From the NCBI GenBank assembly GCA_973895155.1, contig OZ316891.1, positions 7,371,808 through 7,435,807 on the forward strand: a stretch of DNA of 64,000 nt, given 5' to 3'. This stretch comes from Marsupella aquatica. Taxonomy: Eukaryota; Plantae; Marchantiophyta. Shown here piece by piece: positions 1 through 10,697 of this stretch. The first letter of the stretch is position 1. The number at the start of each line of letters is the position of its first letter. The position numbers and the translations under genes were made by a program. The notes under the pieces were generated by a model. The model was given only the letters and a program-made list of their open reading frames with translations. It did not search any database and had not been told where the DNA came from.

Positions 1-3000
1 ACAATCGGAAGAACCAAGATACCTTTGATGCCAAGACAACACGGGTTCTTAGGTCCTGCTTAACAGAGAAGAAAATATCTATGTAGTCTGCACAAACCTC
101 CAAGTATATCATGGTCCCAAAGCTTCTGTCATGACGAACATCTCGTCGCTCATACATATGCTGCAGGCAGGCCTGCACTCTCCTGGAAGCTATTCGTTGT
201 GGGCCAGCCCAATTTTGTCTATCTGTCCTATTCACATCATCCCAATGCAAACCATGCTCATGAATTGCATAATGGTTATAAACAGATGTGACATATGACA
301 AAGATGCATGCTGATCACCAAGAACTAACATAGCAGACACTCGGTCCAATGGGTTAATTGCCTTCTTGCCATTGTGAGGTGGGTCTTGGTCTCCAAAACC
401 ATATAGATCTCCATTCGGAAGTATGGACACTGAGTATTGCCACCCAACCCATCCTACACTGTACCTAGGAAAGGAACCATTCACAACAGTATAATCTTCC
501 ATCATCAATTTCCTACGACGAGCATCACCATCACTAGCATGGCCCAACAAAGGACCAACACTGTCTCTGCAATGTGTGTCCCACATGGACTTCAGCTGCA
601 CCCAATGCTCTCTTACCCAGGGAGCTCTAAACTTGTTACATGTTGGTAGAACACACAATGCCAATTTAGGCATCTTTGCATGCAGAGGATTGACAATGAT
701 TACTCTAGCATACATGCCTTTGGCATACTGCTCAAAAGTACTTACAATCTTGTCATACCCTTCAGTACCTGCTCCAACCAGTACTTCCAAGCCAAAAGAA
801 CATGTGTGCTCTTCTAAGGGGCCACAGAAACTAATGAGGGTGTCATATTTAGCTTCCCATCTGTCACACACAATAGAATACAGACATCAGTTCATGACAT
901 GCAAACTCACCCAACACATTCAAAAAAACAAGCTAATTTACTATAGAGACAAAAACACAAACCTGGGTCTCTCTTTGATCCTTGTTTCATCCTCAGCAAA
1001 CATTATTGGTACATCTTCTACAACTCCAAGTGACTGCTTTGATGCACACAGTACTCTGCACACCTCCTGGAATATCTCTTTTCGAATGCCAGCTCTAAAG
1101 GGTGGGAGTTTTGCTCTATCACGTTTCAAGATCTTCAGACCTGGACCACCTAGGTTAGCCTGGAAACAATGAGCCACTTGTCTGCCTCCAAACTGAAACA
1201 TGGCTTGGGAGAAGGCCTTGGTTCTCTTACTGTATCGATAACCCTTAGCAACTCTCTGCAAGTTCTTAGCTACATCTGTCAGGAAATCCCACAACCCTTC
1301 CTTGCCACCAAAAGCACCACATCTATGTCCATTCACAATATTTCTCAGAAACAGTCTTAAATCTTTCCTATCATGGGCTACTCCTAATAAATCTTCTAGC
1401 TTCTTTCGCCTAACACTCAGGGCACAAATTTTCTGAGCCTGTTGTGCCAACAGCCAACGCTGTTTCCTAAAGCGAGTGGTGAGGTTACCAACATGTTCCC
1501 TCAGTTCGGTTTTGGTCAAGTATGCCAACCTCATCCCACCCTGTGTAGTCCCGTCTTCTCTCTGCACTAATGCTTTCGCTTCCTTGTGCACCCTGCCACG
1601 AAAATCATCTTCACGTTTTATAGAATCACATAGAGTGCAAGTGAGGTTTTGAAAACCACCTCCATTAATGGACACCCTGTGACATTGCTTGTGCCTAAAA
1701 CAACCCTGTATACCAACAACTGACTGACTAGTTACATTGAAAACCTCAGCATAGGTTGTACGGTCACAATCCCACACATTTCCTCCCTCTTGATCATCAA
1801 GTATGCCTTTCACAGCCATAGAATCCCCTGTCCACTTCACCTCTGACTCCCACATGCCCCAACAAAGCAAACTTAAACTTGGCTCAATGGAGGAATACAA
1901 CCCACCTCTGCCTGAACTGCTCCCTGCAGCAGAGCTGTCCTCTCTAAAGAAATTCAGAATAGAATTTTGAGATGGAAACAGATCACGAGCATCAGGCTTC
2001 CTTGGTCTCCCCTTCTTCCCTGCCCTCAGTGCAGCTTGGGTACTGGTGACAACGTTCTCAAGTGCATCCATATGATCCCGACTGACAAGGTGTTGCCTTA
2101 AATTGTGTTCCAAATTGGATTTCTTAGGGCACATGTCAGTATGTAGCTTGCCACAGACTGTACATCTGACCTTAAACAGGAATGACCTCTGTGCAAATGT
2201 TGGATCAGTGGGAGATGGTGTGATAGAGAACACTTCTACCACCCCACCTACCTATGCATTCAACTTTCCCACTATTTCCACACCAGCCCCTATTTGCATA
2301 CTATGATCAAACAGTGGTTGCTGTATAGTGTCAGTAGCCGTCACCAAAGCTCCAGCTAAACCCCTTTGCTTACACCAGTTCTCCTTGTCTTTAGGGTTGG
2401 TCAGGTGCTTTGTCTTGAAGTTGCTAAAGCAATTTGCGATGGACTTGAGCACCTGTGAAGTGGCTGCATTCCCATAAGTCTCCCTACACTCTAAGCATTC
2501 TAGATGACCTCGACACTCCCCTCCCTCATCCCACGTCCGCACTTTCCACTTATGCTCACCAAAGCCCTTCTGGTTTACCCAGGATCGTAGCTTCACCCAC
2601 TCATCATTCCAGGCCTTTGATGCAGCCTCAGACATGAGGTGAGACTCAAAGGAGCCCGTGACAGGCTGTACAGTAGCCTGTACTAGCACCCCTTGTGTTT
2701 GTCCTTGAGACAATGGAGTCGTGCCTGCCACATTGGACACAGTGGCAGCAGATGAATGAGAGGAACCAATAGTGACCCTCTCCGCAGGCAAGGCAACTAA
2801 GGGTAACTCTGCAATGACGTAAATTGTCCCTTGAAGTTCAGTCACCCCAACAGTCTTCTCTGAAAAGCGCCGGACTCGACCAGGCAACCTCTCATCCCAA
2901 AAATCAAAGTCAAACTCTACTGCACCAACACATTTTAGACGAAAATCTGCCAGAGTCTGCCCTTCTTTGAAGGACATGACACAGATTGGCATATCAGGCT

Positions 3001-3058
3001 TTCCTCCCTCCTCACCCTTTTCTACCAATCTGACAGAGCTCATGCCTAGGTGTGCCAT
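1..3058 (-). pseudogene. P-element/THAP9-like DDE transposase with long Zn-finger-containing N-terminus, one premature stop; 3' part outside the window
   Basis: ORFs 2252-3058 and 941-2242 are in one frame, separated by a single TAG (2252-2254). GT-AG intron at 962-861, then an open frame from 860 to base 1 by hand translation: IMFAEDETRIK..R|WEAKYD..NPLH..GHASDGDARRRKLM..GDQDPPHNGKKAINPL..HGLHWDDVNRTDRQNWAGPQRIAS. This matches the P-superfamily order: DE, second D, DxxH, DKMxV-like motif. Confidence 0.7.
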
Positions 3059-3386
3059 GATGGACAGTTATACAGGCTGTGAGGGAGAGGGATTAGGTAG
3101 ATGAACCTGTCATACAACAATGGACAGACATGGAAAAAGATCAGGACTCAAGTCAACCATTCACAATGTCATCTGAACACTCAATCTATTGTAGTCCATT
3201 TCAATTCATCAAAATTCCATTTTGTTTGACAACCAAATACTTAGGTCCCTTTCATTCATCGAAATACTTAAGTCCATAGCATTCAACCAAATACTTAAGT
3301 TCATATAATTTAGGTTGTCTTATGGGTCCACTACAAAAAAGGTTGAAGTTTGTAAGATGGTGGAATTTGTAGCAGTCATGATGTGT

Positions 3387-4112
3387 CTAGTCATGGGTAC
3401 TAGGGATATCAGAACCCTCTAGAATGACATGGCGATTACAGTAAATCATGCGCCACTGTCCAATGTCCCAGGTGTCTCGGCCCCTCACCCCTCTCCTCAA
3501 GTGCCTGTCTGCTGTTGGTCCTTCATCACGACACCATGCACGAGGGCATCTACGACATTGGACAAAGTCCCAAATGCCCTCCCGATACTCCTTACAGACC
3601 TCACAATAATGTCGTGGGCATATAAAAGCATCGGGATGTGCATCAGGGTTATCTGGATGGCGGGTGAATGGCATTTCCCCCAATCGCAGAAGTGTCCGGA
3701 GGCAACCCACATGGTAAAATGAGTAGCAATCATCATGAGAACACTGGACCACAAGGGGCTCGTCTGTGCTGGGTCTCAAGGTTTTGCCAAGGAGCCCACA
3801 ACCAAAACATCTTCCTCTGTTTTGCTGACATAGATCACAGAGCCAAGCTGCAGCCCAATCATGACCTCTGGAAATGACAATGCACTGACATGTAGGTCCA
3901 TGGCCATCTTCTTCATCAGGATTGTGGCCATCAACTACATAATGAAAATGGCGACCACAAGGGCCATCACAGAACAAAACAGTTCCTCCCTCGTCACATT
4001 CAAAACAGCAAGGGGGATCCATACGAAGGTGCTCCCTATGCCCAAATCTTGGATCCAGCAACTGACGAGCGATGTGTGCCATGCTGAACAAGATCTGCAA
4101 AATTACCTTCAA
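3387..4112 (-). CDS. EDM2-like (NSD-type) triple PHD-finger protein, transposon cargo; likely ATG near 4082
   Basis: Uninterrupted ORF: CFECDEGGTVLFCDGPCGRHFH..WLCDLCQQNRGRCFGCG..VVQCSHDDCYSFYHVGC..LLRLG..FICPRHYCEVC..CRRCPRAW..IYCNRHVI. Colinear with the PHD region of plant EDM2 as I recall it; no methyltransferase-like domain follows. Confidence 0.75.
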   Translation of the reverse strand: MKVILQILFSMAHIARQLLDPRFGHREHLRMDPPCCFECDEGGTVLFCDGPCGRHFHYVVDGHNPDEEDGHGPTCQCIVISRGHDWAAAWLCDLCQQNRGRCFGCGLLGKTLRPSTDEPLVVQCSHDDCYSFYHVGCLRTLLRLGEMPFTRHPDNPDAHPDAFICPRHYCEVCKEYREGIWDFVQCRRCPRAWCRDEGPTADRHLRRGVRGRDTWDIGQWRMIYCNRHVILEGSDIPSTHD

Positions 4113-4355
4113 AAATTAGGGACAGGCATGTGATGTACCAGAAGGAGCAACAGTCCACCAGCAATCACAACCAGTAGCCTCCACCAGGGGCATCACTTCC
4201 CTGTGGGCTCCTTTGATCCATCCTGCAATATGAGGAATGCAGATTAGAAGTCAGCAACTTGAATGTGCATCATCATCACGGGCAGAACCTGGACGTGTCC
4301 CACCACAGACACAATCATTGATGAAATGACAAGTATTCCATGCTAGGCAACCGCC

Positions 4356-4688
4356 TCATGCCATTCTTGCCATGTACTGTGCAAAAGTTTGCACTATGTT
4401 TGAGTGACCTCCCCTACAACAATCACATGTCTGGGTGTGACAATGGAGACAAGCCTCTAGGAAGACACAGTCCTCATCCAACACCCCAAGTGTCTGTTTA
4501 ACTAGACGGATACTGTTTGGGACTAGTGGGGATGTATTCAGCCTCCTATAATGGTTGCGAGGCAGACTTGGATAGCCCCACGTCACAGCACAGTCTGCAA
4601 GCACGACCCCATTGTGAATCATCTTCACACGAAATCGCTCACCCTTCTGTTGATGGTACTCAGACAATGCACTGCGTGTCACAACCAT
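4356..4688 (-). CDS. Small cargo ORF with Cys/His cluster, possibly a downstream exon of the BRCT gene
   Basis: 110-aa ORF ending CLHCHTQTCDCCRGGH. The frame extends upstream through one stop to a plausible acceptor near 4820. No family recognised. Confidence 0.35.
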   Translation of the reverse strand: MVVTRSALSEYHQQKGERFRVKMIHNGVVLADCAVTWGYPSLPRNHYRRLNTSPLVPNSIRLVKQTLGVLDEDCVFLEACLHCHTQTCDCCRGGHSNIVQTFAQYMARMA

Positions 4689-4976
4689 CTTTAGTGCACC
4701 TAGATTGAGATTGTGCTCACTCCAACAAAATCACAAGGCCACAACAAATAGGGTACAGGGGCCGACCTTTGCTTGGACCCAGAACTTCCACACTTTCTGC
4801 CTTGCGCTAGAATGTCCCTGCACAAAAAAGAGAAGCAACTAATCTTTAAAAACCTACACAAACCAAAGGAACTACATAGTGCTCCAAGAACCAAACAACG
4901 GATCTGCAAAGAATTGTAGCAAGCAACGCTTTATTAAATTGCTCCAAGACTGAGCAGAGGTTACATTTACAGTAAG

Positions 4977-5444
4977 CTACACACATTTACGTTTTGGCAT
5001 GATCAAGTTTATACTTCTCCAAACTGAACCTGCCTTATCCTGTTCAATCTGTTCTACTTTTCTCTTAGCGCAATCTACCTCAGACTCTACCTCAGTCAAC
5101 ATTAAGTTGAAAGGGCCTTCTTCCAATAGGACTCCTGCTTTGAGGGATTCGCACATCCATTCAAATGAGACAACTTTCAATGCCTGCTCTTGAATGAGGG
5201 AATTAACACCAGACCATGTCCACTTGGACATGACTGCTCTCCAAGAACCAGCAACAATGTGAGTGGTGTTGCTGGAAGCAACAGTGCAAAGCTAACCATG
5301 ACGTTCAATTAGCTTTCTATGGAAAACTTCAAAACGAGCTCTTGAAAATTCATTTGGAACTAAGAAGGCATTCACACCCTCAAAAATTGGCTTCAAAATT
5401 GAACAGGGCAAAACCTTTGGTGCAGACTCATATCTACGACCCAT
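4977..5444 (-). pseudogene. BRCT-domain ORF resembling the N-terminal BRCT of DNA polymerase lambda, one in-frame stop
   Basis: From ATG 5444: MGRRYE..IFEGVNAFLVPNEFSRARFEVFHRKLIERHG*LCTVASSNTTHIVA..VVSFEWMCESLKAGVLLEEGPF. Shows BRCT hallmarks FxG..F, THIV and WxxxS; TAG near 5293. Confidence 0.7.
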
Positions 5445-7673
5445 GGCACAGTCAACCCTAAAGCTAAAGGCCCTGTTGTCCTCTGCAACAAAGTGGAGCT
5501 TACTTGGGTCCTAGGCTCCCCACAACTTCTGTAGTCGAATGAGAACCCGAACTCCTGCTCACCACCCAAGATTGTGTGAATCTACACATTCCATAGTGCA
5601 CAATTAAAACATATCAGCAACTCACCAGCGCAGTAAAAATGAGAGTAAAAATGCATATCCATGAAACAAGTGTCCATTCCCCTAGATCGGTCCACTGTCC
5701 TGTCTCTGTACATTCAAATCAGTCAAATAGTTGAATTATAATACTACACAACTTCATCTATAGTACATACACCAGACCATAATTAATTGAAAAGAAGGGA
5801 GATCCACACCTGAAGTATGTTGTTTTCTGCACAACACCAATATAGAATACAGCCCTAAACAACACGATCCGAGACCCACCACCAGTAAGTGAACTCGCCT
5901 CGCCCTACAAGGACAACAGTGGAGCAAAAAATTCAGAATGAAGCCCTTGCAGACAATAATGTTGACCTGCGCTATGACATTGTTCACAGTCTTACTACCA
6001 ACAAGCTTCCTCGAACTTAAGTATTTGCTTAACTCTGAGGGTCTGTCTGTCTAGTAAACTGAAGTGAACTCAACCTACTTAACAGCAAACAAGACTGAAC
6101 TATTTGCTATCAACATCAATTAATTACCACATACATACCTCGCAGTGGAAATTTGGTAGTAACAACACTGGAAAAGGTCACAGTCGCTCCACCTCCTTCA
6201 AAGCTTTTCAACCGGCCAATTTCAAGGCAATTTCAAGGCGGCCTACCACAAAGAAGCCTATTGGCCAAAGTTCAGAAGCAACAACCGGGAAGGGAATACA
6301 AGACATTCAATCCAATTGCTTCCGATAAGAGGCAAGCAAAACGAGCTCCATAGATCAGGAAGATCCTATGCAAGACACAAAATCCTCAGTTTGACAGTTC
6401 AACAGAAGCAAGATGCAGAAAAATTCCACAGCCAGGACCTGAACAAAACTTCTGCAAGACCTGACCAAACCCAGGTCCGAGCAACGATTATGAATGCAAC
6501 ACAACAACAATGTGTACAGACCGTCACATACTACATTGGAAGCCTCTTCTGTGGATTCCGCTTGGCTACTACTACAAAAGAAATAGCTACGTAACATTCT
6601 AGACTAGCTCTTTTCAATGCGAGTAGGCAATGCAAGCACACAGACAATGTGGACTTGGTTGTCTAGGAAACTTTCAATTGCAACCTGGACAAGGAGCCAG
6701 ATTCAAACCTGGTACTAGATGTAACGCTCTTCTACCCTCGCCTCCGCCCTCGCCGAGCGTCCCTTCCGGACCGTCCTTGTCTTCCAATGTGACGCAGCTA
6801 CACAATCGGCAACAATAGTCCTCCAACCAGCATTGTCGTCCTCCTAATACATGCGAAAGAAAAACATACAAACAAGGCAGCGAGCGAGCTCAATCAGCAA
6901 GCCAAGGTATCATGGTAGAGACGTCAATTTCTGTGAAGCTTGCATATGGGAGGCAGAAAGCGCAAGTCCTCAGCATTTTGGGCACTTACTTGTTACTGTT
7001 GTTCTTTGAAGAGTAGCCGTCCTCCAGGCTATAGCAAGCTGCAAAGTGAAGAACCACACACGACGATCAATGATTCAATCCGAGATTCAATCGTGACCTC
7101 CACAGTGACCTCGATCCAAATGTCCAGCCAGGCAGCGACGTCCTCCCACTGTTTCTTTCCAGCGTCGCCTTCCTCCTATTCAAATGTCAGCAAACTACAT
7201 CAGAAGAAAACAGCAAGCGAAAGCTCAAAGCAAACTGAAACTTGAGCCGCAAGTGATGCACAAAAATGGCAAGTCCACAACACCTCTTGAATGCTGCAGC
7301 AGCAGCTCCTCTCCACCTTTGGCCTCCTCTCCAATGCAACCGCAGTAGTTCTCGACCTCTAGCCTCCTCTCCAATGCAGCCTTGCAATAGTTCTTGACCT
7401 CCAGCACACTCGACAGCGTCCTCTCCAATGTTGCGGCTGCAACTCAATCTCAACGCAGCAGAAACATTTTTTCGAAATGAAGGTCCTCCCGCGCGGTCGT
7501 GCTTCCCGTGGGCCCTAGTGCCCTTATGCCTTTTGCCCCCCTCCTCTCGTTGATAATAGGTTACCCTAAACTCGGGCATTTGTAGGCCATTGGATCTAGA
7601 AATCAACGGCTCTTGCAAATCGAGAGGGGAAACCATGGGGCCCCTCCAAAACCGGCATTAAGCCCCCCCAAGA

Positions 7674-7740
7674 AACCCTAAAACCCCAAACCCCAAAATG
7701 TTTTAACCCCAGACCCCAAAACCCCAAACCCCAAACTCAA
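7674..7740 (+). repeat. Degenerate telomere-like (AAACCC[C/T]) subterminal repeat
   Basis: AAACCCTAAAACCCCAAACCCCAAAA..ACCCCAAAACCCCAAACCCCAAA, about 100 bp inside the inferred transposon end. Confidence 0.55.
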
Positions 7741-8382
7741 TTTTGACTATAGTACCCTACACGTGTACCAATTATATTATGACACTTGGACCAATCACAA
7801 CATGTTTTTCTTTCCAGAACTTCCCGCTCAACAGTCATATTGGTAGCAGTCTTTACCCTCCCCTTGACCAGAGTCAAGGGGGAGATTGTTAGGATTTACT
7901 CTTAGGTCTAGAGTTACGAATGTACCGTAGTTAAGGCTAACCTTAGTCGCAGACTTGGTTAGGTTAGTCATGCTGTGCACATTGTATAACCAAGCGGTGT
8001 TTGCTTGGAGAGGGGGAATGTGACGCCAATGACATGGTCCTTATTTTGTAATCTGATTAAGTAGGTTGCTGTATGCAAGGAGTAGCTATTGATATTGCAT
8101 AACAATTAGCAAGATGGCAAGAATAAGGGCAATCATGGCGTTAAGAGTAGGGAAATAAAAGCTATGTCGCAGGTGGTCGGCGACCATATCTCTTTCAATA
8201 TGTCACCAAATCCGGATCTGTAAAGAGCATTGGAAAGATCTGGTCAAGGCGAGTAAAATCGATATAAAACACTCGGGAAACGGAGGTGTATTAAGAAAGA
8301 TACGGCCTGATTAGTGTGACGGGTTAACTTGTGGCCGGAATTAGCGGATTCGGCTTCAGTTTCGGGTTAACCCAAGCTCGAC

Positions 8383-8549
8383 CACGGCTTAGCTTATGTG
8401 AGCATGGCTTCAGCTTAGCTCAGGTCAGCACGGCTTCAGCTTAGCTCAGGTAAGCACGGCTTCAGCTTAGCTTAGGTAAGCACGGCTTCAGCTTAGCTCA
8501 GGTAAGCACGGCTTCAGCTTAGCTTAGGTAAGCACGGCTTCAGCTTAGG
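8383..8549 (+). repeat. 26-bp minisatellite, about 6 copies, in LTR-like sequence
   Basis: GCACGGCTTCAGCTTAGCT[C/T]AGGTAA units starting at 8402, 8428, 8454, 8480, 8506, 8532. Confidence 0.9.
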
Positions 8550-10697
8550 CTTAACCCGGGTTCGGATTAGATTGATCCCGGGTTAGACTTAACTCGGGGT
8601 CAAGTTAGCATAGGTAAGCTCGGGTTCGGGCTCAGCTTAGGCTAGGATAGCGGATAGCGGATAGCGGGTGACGGCCTAACCCGAGACCACGGGTTAGCTC
8701 TACTCGGGTTAGATAGGATAGCTAGGTTAGCCGAACTCGGGTTAGCTATGTAACTCGGGTTAGCGCAACAGTGAGTACCCCCTCTCGGTTACGGGGGCAC
8801 AACTCTCTGTGTATTTGACCAAATCGGCTATAATTGACCTCGTTGGAAAGAGGAGCTCAAGCCGCTTCCAACGCTGCTATCCACGCAGAAAATGGTTAAA
8901 TAGAGAAATCGGGAGAGGAGGCGCAAGCTCGCGAAAACTATGGAGGAGGGCCGAATCCGAAGTACATAGCCAATTCGAGATAGAAATAAAGTTGCGAGTT
9001 AGGGTTCAGTAGTTAGAGATAGTGGCGGCTCTATTAGGGCTGGGATGGGGCTCCAGCAGCGTAGCATCCACCCATTTGGGCTCAATGAGAGAGTATATAG
9101 AGCATCCCTCCGGTAGAGGCGGGGGGGGGGGGGACTTCAGTTGTGTGATCTCACTTAGACTGAGTAGCAGGGAGGAGCTCTGTGCAAGCAAGGCTGGACT
9201 TGGACGCTGCGTGTTGGGGAGAGCTTGGTTGTGCTATACTCAGGGAGTAATCAGCCAAGCTTCACAGCAACGGGTTGCTAGGTTTGCGAGCTGGATTGTG
9301 GCTCTTTCTAGTGGGCAGCACAACTGGGTTCTTTTCCCCCGATACAGAGCCTTGGTGATAGGTGATGTATTGGTGATTGTAAACTGTGGGGAGGATTTCA
9401 ATTCGATTTGCGGTGGGCACATTAGGGAGGCTGAGGTACTGATTAAGGGGCAGCAGGAGGAGCATTTACAGTTCAGTCTGGCAAGGCTACGTGACCCATG
9501 GGGAGTCCCGGCCTTTGTCTGGTGGAGAGCACTAAGGGATCTATGGCCAGAGCTGAGCTTGCAGGGCAAGCGTGAGGCCGGGCCTCATTGCAGTCTGGGG
9601 TAGATCGCCGTTAGGCCTGGTACCAGCTTTGAAGTCGAGTCAACTATGCATGCGTAACTTGACGTTCTGAATTGGAGGTGTGAGATCTGTATGTGCCCCC
9701 AAGAATGAAGTGCAGTGAAGGAGGTTGAGTTCAGGATTGAGCTTGCATGGCAAGCACGGGGCTTGCAGGGCAAGCACGTCACAATCTGGAGGAGACAGCT
9801 GTCACGTCGTAGGCTTCGGCCTTAACTCAGACTTCAGCTTAGACGGGCACATCCCTCGTAAATCTGAGGGTTCGGGCAGGAAGGGAAGCACGTAATGCAC
9901 CTTATTCTCGTAAACTAGCGCTAAGTGCGCATACTGCTAAATACGGACACCTCCTAGGTATGGTTTGTGTTCCGCCGCCGGAACGTACCTTAGTCGATAG
10001 CAGGATCGACCCCGGCTTAAGGGCTTCTAAGCCTCGTGCTGTCCGCCTTCGATCCGGATTCGATGATACAGGTCCTCAACCCGTGCTCGCAACCACTTAC
10101 CCGCAGGCTGCACCCTGTGCACGTCTTGGGTAGTGCGTTCGGCCCGGCGCTGCCACCCATATACGAGAAACCCACACACATATGCGCACACATGCATACA
10201 ATCTCGATTTACACGAAGGAAAAATGATGGGAAAGGATTTTACTACAAAGGGAACATATGCGTACACTTAGTTGACACGACAGCCCTGGAATGCACAGGT
10301 TCAAGGTCAAGGGTGCACACTACAACGGAGCCCGGCTCCGCACTCGCCCGACGAGCTTAGTCCTACCCCCTCCCCTTGGTACTCTGTCATTCCCAGAGGT
10401 CGGGACTCCCCGCATGTCCCGCGGATGTCCAACTTTGAAACTAAAAACCCCCCCTTGCCTCTACCGAGGGGTGCACTAAATACTAAGAGCCGAGGAACGG
10501 GGCATCCTCCCGCCGAAGATCCGCTGACCAAGGTCCTAACTAAGCTGACAGTCAGGCCGGAAAACAGCTGTGTCTTATTAGAAGATCCTAATCTACGCAG
10601 ACTGGATAGCAGGACAGCGCTGCTGTACCTAAGGCAGGTGCCTGTCCCAAGAGCCTGACTAAGCCAATCCTAATCCTAATCTATTCCTACTCCGCCG

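Larger units (their letters stand above)
1..7825 (-). mobile_element. Large DNA transposon with P-element-like transposase and cargo ORFs; continues beyond the left window edge
   Basis: Contains a DDE-type transposase plus three same-strand cargo ORFs. Right boundary inferred where ...CCAGAACTTCCC (7825) abuts GCTCAACA, the last 8 bp of a 347-bp LTR family seen elsewhere in the window. The other end is outside the window, so TIR and TSD cannot be checked. Confidence 0.6.

Noticed and set aside
437-1360. Plus-strand ORFs 437-649, 576-1172 and 1169-1360
   Set aside because: Antisense shadows of the minus-strand transposase exons.
5700-7640. Additional cargo ORFs in the P-like element (e.g. 7187-7636, 7225-7428)
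   Set aside because: Short, driven by a ~40-bp local repeat, inconsistent frames, no recognisable domain.
8383-8549. Regular short repeats resembling a CRISPR array
   Set aside because: Units are contiguous with no unique spacers, no cas genes, eukaryotic LTR context.
9022-9603. 193-aa ORF in the nested insertion
   Set aside because: GTG start, spans a G homopolymer and TATA-like block, no recognisable domain.
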